Below, piece after piece: positions 12,781-23,180 of a stretch of 64,000 nucleotides of DNA. Origin of the DNA: Malacoraja senta (Eukaryota); assembly GCA_038087875.1 (NCBI GenBank), contig CM075996.1:8248001-8312000 (forward strand), read 5' to 3'. Position numbers and translations under genes: made by a program. A model generated the notes under the pieces. It ran no database searches. It worked only from the letters and a program-made list of their open reading frames with translations, and was not told the DNA's origin. Within the stretch, counting starts at the first letter, position 1. The number at the start of each line of letters is the position of its first letter.

Positions 12781-13194
12781 CTATGTATCTGTACACTGCG
12801 GATGGCTCGATTGTAATCATGTAATTCCACTGACTGGTTATCAGGCAACAAAAAGCTTTTCACTGTACCTCGATACATGTGGCAATAAACTCGACAGACT
12901 CAAACTCCTCACCTGAATCCACCCATCACTCGTTCCCTCCCCCCCTTCCCCTCCCCCTCACCTCTTCCCCCCGTCCCCTCACCTCTGTCCCCTGCCCCTC
13001 AGCTCTCTCTCTCTCCCCTTCCCCTCACCCTCCCTCTCTCTCTCCAACTCTCTCCCTCCTACTCCACCAGTCTGAAGAAGGGTCCTGACCTAAAGCATCA
13101 TCTGTGACTGTCCCTCCACAGATGCTGCCTGACCCACTGAGATCCTCCAGTCCTTTTTTTGTGTGCTCAGGGACCCTATTGATAGCTTTGATCC

Positions 13195-13350
13195 TCTTTG
13201 ATCTGTCGTTTTCACACCTTACCCTTCCAAATCTCTGTGTCTCCCTCTCCCCTGACTCTCAGCCTGAAGAAGGGTCTCGACCCGAAACGTCACCTATTCC
13301 TTTTTTCCCCCACTGACCCGCTGAGTTACTCCAGCATTATGTGTCTATCT
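13195..13350 (+). repeat. Penelope-like short repeat with hammerhead-ribozyme-like core, representative of roughly 20 or more copies and fragments
   Basis: CTGAAGA-AGGGTCTCGACCC-GAAACGTCACC at 13264-13294, followed by cccgctgagttactccagca..tgtctatct; other copies also carry agatgctgcc. Confidence 0.65.
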
Positions 13351-14584
13351 TTTAAAGTTGATCATCGGTTTACCCGAGGGCAGAGTTATAGTTTATAATT
13401 GATATGTCTTCGGCTGTTGTTGTGTATAATTAATGTTCCTGAGGGGAAACCCCAGCGGGCCATGTCACACTTTGAAATTAATCCTCTCTGGAGGTGTAGA
13501 GTTTGTACTCAAAGTACCCCCAAGTGGTGCGTTTACATTGCAAGTATATTCAGCTCCACCACTCATTTTACAGCAAACTGGTGAAAAGGACTAGGTGACG
13601 TTTTGGGGCGAGACCCTTCTTTAGTCTGAAGGAATCTGCAGTTCCTTCCTGCACACACCCAGATTATCCCGAAGATAGACACAAAATGCTGGAGTAACCC
13701 AGCGGGACAGGTGGCATCTCTGGAGAGAAAGAATGGGTGAGGTTTCGGGTCGAGACCCTTTCTTCAGACTTGACCCATTCCTTCCTCCAGAGACGCTGCC
13801 TGTCCCGCTGAGTTACTCCAGCTTTTTGTGCCTATCTTTGGGAAAATCTGGGTGTGTGCAAGAAGGAACTGCACACACCCAGACTTAAGCGACACATACC
13901 CAGTTGTTCCCCCCTCTGTACCATAGAAACATAGAAAATAGGCGCAGGAGTAGGCCATTCATTCATATGATCATGGCTGATCATCCAAAACCAGTACCCC
14001 GTTCCTGCTTTCTCCCCATATCCCTTGATTCTTTTAACCCTAAGAACTAAATCGAACTCTCTCTTTAAAACATCCAGTGAATTGGCCTCCACTGCCCTCT
14101 GTGGCAGAGAATTCCACAGATTCACAACTCCCTGGGTGAAAACGTTTTTCCTCATCTACCCCTTTGAAATCTAAATAGCCTACCCCTTAGTCTTAAAACT
14201 GTGACCCCCTGTTTCTGGACTCCCCCCCAAACATGGGGAACATTTTTCCTGCATCTAGCCTGTACAATCCCTTGAGAATTGTTTCTATAAGACCCTCGTC
14301 ACCTGCCCTCTCTGGTGGGATTCTCTGCCTCAGAGGGCGGTGGAGGCAGGTTCTCTGGATACTTTCAAGAGAGAGCTAGGTAGGGCTCTTAAGGATTGTG
14401 GAGTCATGGGATATGGGGAGAAGGCAGGAACGGGGTACTGATTGGGGATGATCAGCCATGATCACATTGAATGGCGAGTTTGGCTCGAAGGGCCGAATGG
14501 CCTACTCCTGCACCTATTGTCTATTGTCTATTGCCTTCGCCGCCCACGATGATCTATGGCAGGGCTGGTGGAGCCGCTACTCAC

Positions 14585-14912
14585 GGTGGACAAGCAGCCG
14601 AGTCCCGGGGCCCTTGAAGGACGTGGATTTGAAGATCCCCTTGCAGAAGTACATGCCGCTGTCGTCGCGCCTCTATCCGGCAGATCCCACACCATCTTCA
14701 GCTCGGATACGATGGTGTTCTGGGTCGTGTTGTAGCACGTTGCTCGCTGAGTCCCGGAACAGCAGCTGCTCCAGTTGCACGGGCTGGGTCAGCGGCACCG
14801 ACTTGTTGGTACTCTTACACAGGTACTGGCAGAGCAGCCTCGGCCGACTCCCGCTGCACCACCAGCTGCAGCAGCTGCGGCTGCTGCACCCAGCACTGAA
14901 CCGCAGGCTCAG
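14585..14912 (-). CDS. Ig-superfamily receptor exon 2, V-set domain (frameshifted in this sequence)
   Basis: ccctgttgcag| acceptor, C|gtgagta donor. Reads EPAVQCWVQQPQLLQLVVQRESA / RLLCQYLCKSTNKSVPLTQPVQLEQLLFRDSASN / YNTTQNTIVSELKMVWDL / DDSGMYFCKGIFKSTSFKGPGTRLLVH, with B-strand LxC, F-strand DSGxYxC and G-strand GxGTxLxV. Length 328 nt (3n+1). Confidence 0.82.
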
Positions 14913-14944
14913 CTGCAACAGGGCAGGGGACACGGCGTTAGACA

Positions 14945-15270
14945 CGGAGAGTGGGGGGTCAGACACAGAGAGCGGGGAGAGAGGGGCAGAGAGAGAGAGA
15001 AGAGAAAGGGAGGAGAGAGAGAGGGGGGGTAGAGGGAGGAGAGAGAGAGGAGGGGGGAGAGAGGAGAGAGAGAGGGGGTGAGAGGAGGAGGGGAGAGAGA
15101 AGGGGGAAGAGAAAGGGGGGGAGAGGGAGGGGGGGAAGAGGGAGGGGGGAGAGAGGGGGTGGGGAGGGGAGAGTGAGAGGGGGAGAGGTAGAGTGGGGAA
15201 GAGTGTGTGGGAGGGGAGAATGAAAGTGGGGGAGAGGGGGAGAGGGAGAGAGAGGGCTGGAGAGAGAGAT
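14945..15270. repeat. GA-rich low-complexity tract
   Basis: Almost pure purine on the + strand. Confidence 0.9.
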
Positions 15271-16739
15271 TAGTTTAGTTTATTGTCACGTGTATCAAGG
15301 TACAGTGAAAAGCTTTTTTGTTGCCAGGGTGGTGGTGGAGGCAGATACAATAGAGGTGTTTTAAGAGGCACATAGACATGTGGGGATTGGAGCGATATGG
15401 ATCATATGAGAGTGAGGGAAAGAGAAACTAGAGGTTTGAAACCTGAAGAGAACCAGAGCCGCACTGATGACCCAGGAAAGGTGGAGCCCACAATGGGCCC
15501 ATTGTTGGCTGTGAAGGAGCCCACAATGGCCCATTGTTGGCTGTGGAGATGATAACGAAGGAATACAGTGAAACTACAGTGAAACTAATAGGAAAACTAG
15601 GGTGGGGAGGGACGGAGAGAGAAGGGTTACTTGAAATTAGAGAACTCAATATTCATACCGAAGATATACACAAAATGGGCAGCATCTCTGGAGAGAAGGA
15701 ATGGGTGACGGGAGAGGGAGTCTAGAGATAAGGAAGGGCAAGGTGTGAAAACGACAGATCAAAGCAGATGGTGGTAAGGAAATGTGGAATAGTTCATTGG
15801 TGTCAGAGGGGAAGGTGAACATGATGCATACAACCAGTAATATTTAATCAGGCGGACAGTGAAACCAATCGGAGAACTAGGATGGGAGGGAATGCAAGGG
15901 TTACTTGAAGTTAGAGAAATCAATGTTCATATGGCTGGGGTGTAAGGGCAGCATGATCAGCACAGACATTGTGGGCTGAAGGGCCTGTTCCTGTGCTGTA
16001 CTATTCTATGTTTCCCCTTCCTTCTATCCCAGGTTTAATGGGTCAGTCACCGGCATCTGTGCCTTCGGGCTGCCGAGACCCTCAGGTGATTATGTCCCCC
16101 TCCCCACAGAAGGGCCCCTCCCCTCCTCACCCTTCACCGATAAACATAGAAATTAGGTGCAGGAGTAGGCCATTCGGTCCTTCAAGCCAGCACCGCCATT
16201 CAATATGATCATGGCTGATCATGCAAAATCAGTAGCCCGTTCCTGCTTTTCCACCCATACCCCTTGATTCCATTAACCCCAAGAGCTATATCCAACTCTT
16301 TAGTTTAGAGATACAGCGCGGAAACAGGGCCTCCGGCCCACCGAGTCCGCATCGACCAACGATCCCCACACATTAACACCACCCAATGCACACTAGGGAC
16401 AATTTTTACATTTATCAAGCCAATTAACCTACAAACCTGTACGCCTTTGGAGTGTGGGAGGAAACCGAAGTTCTCGGAGAAAGCCCAAGCCGTCACGGGG
16501 AGAACGTACAAACCGTACAAACAGCACCCGTGGTTGGGATCGAACCCGGGTCTACGGCACTGCAAGGCAGCAACTCCACCGCTGCGCCACTGTGCCGCAA
16601 CTCTCTCTTGAATACATCCAGTGAATCGGCCTCCACTGCCTTCTGTGGCAGAGAATTCCATAAATTCACTACTCTCTGGGTGAAGACCTTTGCGCCCCTT
16701 GCTCCTTGCCCCTGGGTCTGGGTTTCGCGATGGCCCGGT

Positions 16740-17120
16740 CACACCCCTCAGGAAGTGGCCCGCTCTCCAGAGTTCTCTACCCTGGGGAGACAGGAGGCAG
16801 AGTCCCGGCAATGCCCCCTGGAATTATGCCCTCCGTCCAAGGGTCCAGTCCTACCTTGCCGGAGGTAAAGGAAGAGACCGATCAGGATTGTCCCGGACGG
16901 GGACATTCTTCTGCTCTCTCTCTCTCTCTCTCTCTCTCCGCTCGCTTTGTCAGCAATTCAAAGCAGGAACTCTGTCGCCTGCTCGAGTTCCTCTTGTGGC
17001 TTTTGTGTTAGTAATAGCTCGAGCTGAGGTCGAGTAACATCCCCTTCCCATCATGTGATAATCAGGAAAATGGTTCCATCCTCTCAGCCCACCGGCCTTG
17101 CATCACTTCCTGTGACTTTA
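16740..17120 (-). promoter_or_regulatory. Candidate promoter/first-intron region of the Ig receptor gene with ETS-type sites
   Basis: CAGGAAGTG at ~16749-16757 (+) and CACTTCCTG at ~17104-17112 flank the ATG exon; motif presence only. Confidence 0.3.
16855..16906 (-). CDS. Ig-superfamily receptor exon 1, signal peptide (MSPSGTILIGLFLYLRQ)
   Basis: ATG at 16906, hydrophobic core ILIGLFLYL, donor CAAG|gtagga; 52 nt, phase 1, compatible with the next exon (G+CT=Ala). Confidence 0.75.
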
Positions 17121-18838
17121 CTGGCTTTACCTCACACCAAACGGCACCAAGGTTGAGTTGCTGCCTTACAGCGCCAGAGACCCGGGTTCGATCCTGACTA
17201 CGGGTGCTGTCTGTACGGGGTTTGTACGTTCTCCCTGTGACCCTGTGGGTTTTCTCCAGGTGCTCCTGTTTCCTCCCACACTCCAAAGACATACAGGTTT
17301 GTAGGTTAATTGGCTTGGTATAATTCTAAATTATCCCTAGTCTGTGTGAGATAGTGCTAGTGTATGCGGATTGCTCGATGGGCCAAAGGGCCTGTTTCTG
17401 CACTGTATCTCTAAACTAAACATTATTCCCTTATCATGTATCTGTAAACTGTGGGTGGCTCGATTGTAATCATGTGTAGGGAAGAACTGTAGATGCTGGT
17501 TTAAATCGAAGGTAGGTCACAAAATGCTGGAGTAACTCAGCGGGACAGGTAGCATCTCTGGAGAGAAGGAATGGATGATGTTTTGGGTCGAGACCCTTCT
17601 TCAGACTGAGCATTTTGTGATCTACCTTCGATTGTAATCATGTATTGTCTTTCCGCTGGCTGGATAGCACGCAACAAAAGCTTTTCATTGTACCTCAGTA
17701 CACAAGACAATAAATTAAACTGATTTGAGTCGGTTACCATAGATTAGCTATGACATGGGTGATGAATTGAGGAACACTATTTATATTGTGCTGACGGAAT
17801 TAGTTATAATGTGATTTTGGTGGGGAACTAATGAACCACAAAACCTTTTTTGGAAATTGAGAAGCAGAAGAAAAAAAACTGTCCAGCAAACTAAAATATC
17901 TAAGAGAGAAAACTGTTTTCATGTAACCTCCCTGCAGTAATTGGACATCATTGTCTCTTAGTGTCAGTTTCACCATGGGAGGCCATGGAAATTGACACTG
18001 ATTGCTTCCACGGACACTGTTAAACAATGTAACACACAGCATTCAGTATTTTTTTTAGCTTGCAGTAACAAAAATAAACTTACAGTTTAAGTGTGGGCCA
18101 GGCAGCATCTCTGGAGAACATGGACGGATGACGTTTCGGGTCGAGGCCCGTCTTCAGCCTGCCCCTTTACAGTGGGACCCTTCTTTAGATTCAGAAATAG
18201 TACATTTGCTTCCCTGATCCAGACCATCAGCAAATATTGTGACCAGCGGGGACTCCAGCACAGCCCTGCACTCTCCCTGTCTGCCGCCCTGTAAATTACT
18301 ACTATATCTACTATTGCTCTTCCACCAATATCCCTTTACATAGAGTCATAGAGTGATACATCATGGAAACAGGCCCTTCGGGTTGTCCACACCAGCCAAC
18401 ATGTCCCAGCTACACTATTGCCCACCTGCCCGCATTTGGTCCATATCGCTCCAAAACCTGTTCTATCCATGTACCTGTCTAACTGTTTCTTACATGTTGG
18501 AATAGTCCCAGCCTCAACTACCTCCTCTGGCAGTTTGTTCCAAACACCCACCACCCTCAGTGTGAAAAGGTTCCCCTCAGATTCCTATTAACTCTTTTCC
18601 CCTTCACCATAAACCTATGTCGTCTGGTCCTCGATTCACTTACTCTGGGCAAGAGACTCTGTGCGTCTACCCGATCTGCCCCGTGATTTACCTTGGTGCT
18701 TTATACCACTGAGGCACACAAAACATAATTCTGCACAAATGCAGCTTAATTCACACACTCACACACACCTGCAATGGCCTTCCCATCTGTTAGCTGGCAA
18801 CTGAACCATCCTACCACCAACTAGAGAGAAGTCCTGAC

Positions 18839-20576
18839 CAGGCACGTCCCGTAATTACTCAGGGTAGGCAGTCAGTTGGCTTTTTAAAAATCTTAAACCG
18901 CGCATGCACAGATTGTACTCTCCGTAAGCTGTCAGTCGACTTTTATAAAGTCTTCAAAAGCCAAATCTCTTAATAAAGTACCGTATTTCCCGGCAATGAA
19001 AACGCACCCACATTTTGAGTTGCTAAATTTTGAAAGAAGGCTGGTGGGACATAGACTTTCTCACGCTCAAAAAAACAAAAATAAAGAAAGCAATTTGCCC
19101 AAGGCTTCCAAATCTTCTTCATTCTGAATTACTGAATGGGTGGGGGGTGGAGGGTGACGGCAGGTGGAGAGATGGTGGGAAAAACGGGAGCACACCGGGA
19201 CAAGTTGAATCAGTTGTGATCTTATTGAATGACAAAACTAGTTCAAGGGACCAATTGGGGGGAGAGTTCCTTTCACAGTGTGTGGGGAGTTTGGCCAGGG
19301 GTAAAGTTGTGGGGAGGGCAGGAGCGTTGAGAAGGAGGGGGTCGGGGATCATGCCAGTAACCCAGTCACTTACTGCTGTCGCAGTGCTCCGGGCGCGCAG
19401 CCAACGCATTGTGGCCGGTGAGGGAAGTAGCTCGGGTGGCTGCGAACGGCCACCGGGACCTCAGCGCTTTATGCCAGCCCGCTCATCTCTGGCAGTGCTC
19501 TCCGTCTGAACATTTCACACCTGCCACTCGCCGGCTTCGCTCGTCAGCCGCTTCCCGCAAATCCTTAAATTCCGACAGTCGAGTAACCTCAATTGGTCCC
19601 TTGATCACGCTCTCGGAATTTAAGGATTTGCGGGAAGCGGCTGACATGAGTGAGGCCGGTGAGCGGCAGGAGAGAGGTTTTCAGACGGAGAGCACTGCCA
19701 GAGGTGAGCAGGCTGGCAGTAGGAGCTGAGGTGGCGGCCGGTTCCGCTGACCGGTCCCGGCGGCCGCTCGCAGCCACCCGAGCTACTTCTCCCCCCGGCC
19801 ACAATGCGGTGGCTCCGCACCAGGAGCGTCGCGGCAAGTGAGTTGCTGGCATGATCCCCGACCCCCCTCCTTCTCCATGCTCCTGCCCTCCCCGCAACTT
19901 TAACCCGGACCAGACTCCCCACACGCTGTGAAAGGAACTCTCCCCTCCTCAGCGGCGCTGTCCTTTTACAGCCGCTTCCCATCAGCTGCCAGCAATGAGG
20001 GATAGACTTGGCTATCCCTCAGTACAACAACATTGTTCTTGATGTTGCTGTACTGAGGGATAGCCAAGTCTATCTTTCTTGGCTAACAGCCTTCCAACTT
20101 CGGCTTCCAAGACACATGTAAATTTTCGTGCCTTATTTTTGGGTAAAAAATAGCGTCTTCATTGCCGGGAAATACGGTATTTAAAAACATATAGCACCAA
20201 GAGATTTACGTACCACATCATTTGTACACAAACTCCACTCTTCTCTATGTTTCTTAAGATAAACTTAAGATAATGGCAATCCATGTTTGAAAAACCCACC
20301 AAGAAACTTGCGCAGTATGCTGCTGCGCATGCGCAGTACTGCAAAGGCAGAATTTCAGTTGCCTTCAGTCCCTTGGAAATTGACGGCTTGAAGCATCGTC
20401 GACGGCACATCAGCTGCACAGACCTTCGCGTGTTACATGTACTGCGGATGAAAGGCATGGAGAATTATGCCTACCTAAGAGATCGATTTCTTAGGTAGGC
20501 ATTATTCTCCCATGCCTTTACTATTTATAATTAATAATTACCATTTTATTATTTTAGTCAGGGTAGGCAGTGCCTG
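18839..20576. mobile_element. Non-autonomous hAT-like DNA transposon
   Basis: 8-bp TSD GTCCTGAC (18831-18838, 20577-20584); termini CAGGCAC..GTGCCTG; subterminal CAGGGTAGGCAG repeats; splits a Rex1 3'UTR fragment. Confidence 0.72.
18981..20177. mobile_element. Nested pogo/Tc2-like MITE with a large internal palindrome
   Basis: TIR CCGTATTTCCCGGCAATGAA at both ends, TA flanks; internal inverted arms ~19257-19575 and ~19612-19946. Confidence 0.82.
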
Positions 20577-22883
20577 GTCCTGACCTACCATCTACCTCAC
20601 TGGAGACCTTCAGTATGAATTTTTGAAAAATTATATATTAGCTATGTGCATTGCATTTGGGGAGAAGGCAGGAACGGGGTACTGATTGGGGATGACCAGC
20701 CATGATCACATTGTTTAAGAGAGAAGGGTTTCAGCCCGAAACGTTGCCTATTTCCTTCGCTCCACAGGTGCTGCTACATCCGCTGAGTTTCTCCAGCATT
20801 TTTGTGTACCAGCCATGATCACATTGAATGGCGGTGCTGGCTCGAAGGCCAAATGGTGTACTCCTGCACCTATTGTCTATTGCCATTTACAGGCTTACTA
20901 TGCTGCCACAAATAGGAATGTCATTATTCTGTTGTTGGTGCATATGACATTTAAACTTCCTTCACACGTCATTGGATGGCAGACTGGTGCCACTAGCAGA
21001 GATGTAGTCTCATATCGGCCCAATTTTGATCATGACCTCTGATGCTGCCTGTGTGGAGTTTGCACACGTTCCAATTAAGAATCAAGTTTTGATGTCCCAC
21101 TATTATCAGTTTGGCCAAATTCTCATGAGTCCCAGCCTCCCTGTCCTCAGTCACCCTACTCCCTGTTCCCTGTCCGCCAGCTGCCGGGACCGGACCAGAG
21201 CTTCAGCAGCGGCGGAGGGGCGCTGGAAACATCACGGAGCAGGCGAGGCCTTCCTGGGATCGCCGCTTGGAGCTCCAGAGTGCTGGGCCGCTGCTCCAAC
21301 ATCGCGGAGCTGTGGATGCGGAGCTCCCAACACGGGCGGCGCTGACTTTAACATCGCGGAGTCCTGGGACCCTTGGCCGGGGGTCGCCAGCGTGAATCTC
21401 CGCCTGTGGACACCGGGAGCCGCGGACTCTGGTGGAAGGTGGCCGACGAGAGGTTCCCGGCGAGAGGGCCTGAACATCGGGCCGCCCGTAGCGGCGACTA
21501 CGGGGTGCTCGGGAGGCCATTGGGGAACATTGGCGAGGAGGTTGACTGGACTTTTGTTCCTTCCTTCACAGTGGGGAACTTTGCTGCTGCTGTGGGGATG
21601 TTTGTGTTGTGGACCAGTGTTCTGCGTTTTGTGTGTGTTTTTTTGTATGACTGTAATGGAAAAATAATTTAGTTGTCTCTTCATTGAAGACAATGACAAT
21701 AAATTAAATCAAATCAACTCATTGTCAATCCAAGCCAGTATTCACTCCCACACTCGAAACGCATTTCCGCACACTATTCTTTTCTGTGGGACTTTATCAA
21801 AGGCTGTCTGAAATTCCAAGCACCCCACTCCCCGCCGTCCTAGAATGTTGGAAGATCACGGCCAACTGTTTCCATGACGATCCCCTCTGATTCAACACTT
21901 CATTGTCACATGTACCCATGCACAGTGAAACGCTTTGTTTTGCCTACGAGCCAGTAAAATCATACAGCAAACCTCACCTGGGCAGGACACAAGGGTCATG
22001 TTTCTGGCGCCAACAAACACTTTTAACTTCTGCTCGCAGCGGCAAACCAAGGGAAATGTACACTTTTACCCAAGCCAATTAGCCTACAAATCAGGCCCCC
22101 TGCTGGGTGACTCTTGGCAGAGTGGGTCCAGCTCGCTCGCCGGTACCTCACAGGTTGCCGCCTCACGGCGCCAGGGACCCGGGTTCGATCCCGACTAAGG
22201 GTGCTGTCTGTACGGAGTTTGTACATTCACCCTGTGGCCTGCGTGGGTTTTCTCTGAGGTCTCCTCCCACAATCCAAAGACGTACAGGTTTGTAGGTTAA
22301 TTGGCTTGGGTTTGTATACTTGGTAATTGTCCTTAGTGTGTGCAGGCTTGTTAATGTGCTCGGATCGCTTGTCTGCTCGGACTAGATGGGCCGAAGGGCC
22401 TGTTTCCGTGCTGTATCTCTACGTTCTCCCTGTGGCTTGCGTGGGTTTTCCCCAGCTGCTCTGGTTTCCTCCCACACTCCAAAGCCATCCAGGTTTTGAG
22501 ATGCTGCCTGTCCTGCTGAGTTACTCCAGCATTTTGTGTCTATGTTAGGTTTGTAGGTTAATTGGCCAGTGTGTAGGATAGTGTATGGGGTGATCGCTGG
22601 TCGGCGCGAACGCGGTGGGCCGAAGGGCCGATTTATGTGCTTTATCTCTAAAGTCTCTAGTCTAAAAACATAACACTTTGAAAGATGATAGAAGGGAATG
22701 CAGCCAGCAGAACGGCCAGACAAATGGCAGAGGAAGTCTAGCAAAGGGAAGTAGAAATGATGGACTTTGCCAGAGGGAAAAAGGAAAGACAATCTAGACT
22801 GTGAAGCCCACATCACTTGAGTGAATAATGAAAAACAAAATCAAGGGCTTTTCACTGTGTCTCAGTTCACGTGACATTAATAA

Positions 22884-23180
22884 GGTGGCGCAGCGGTAGA
22901 GTTGCTGCCTCACAGCACTAGAGACCCAGGTTCAATCCCGACCACGGGCGCTGTCTGCACGGAGTTTGTACGTTCTCCCTGTGACCTGCGTGGGTTTTCT
23001 CCGGGATCTTCGGTTTCCTCCCACACTACAAAGACGTACAGGTTTGTTGGCTAATTGGCACGGTGTATGTGTAAATTGTCACTAGTGTGTGTAGGATAGT
23101 GTTAGTGTATTGGGTGATCGCTGGTCGGCGCGGACCGTTGGACCAAAAAGCTTGTTGCCGCGTTGTATCTAAACTAAACA
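22884..23180 (+). mobile_element. HE1/V-SINE-type tRNA-derived SINE, representative of at least 15 copies (e.g. 2940-3225, 3550-3860, 16301-16598, 17140-17420, 23348-23645, 32170-32490, 33773-34080, 34897-35185, 35230-35540, 36385-36645, 49455-49665, 61400-61850, 63002-63310)
   Basis: A-box GGTGGCGCAGCGG, B-box GGTTC(G/A)ATCC, V-SINE core ggagtttgtacgttctcccc..ggtttcctcccacactccaaaga; family tail gggccgaagggcctgtttcc shared with local CR1/HER1 3' ends; (CTAAA)n. Confidence 0.9.

Noticed and set aside
14585..14912. Rearranging Ig/TCR V segment
   Set aside because: The G strand (GPGTRLLV) is encoded in the same exon and followed by a splice donor; no RSS heptamer/nonamer seen and no C-domain exon before the TM.
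14458..15223. + strand ORFs of 207, 85 and 90 aa
   Set aside because: Chimeras of CR1 tail, antisense V exon and GA low-complexity sequence.
22884..22950. tRNA genes at A-box/B-box motifs
   Set aside because: Each continues into V-SINE core and LINE-derived tail, so these are SINE heads.
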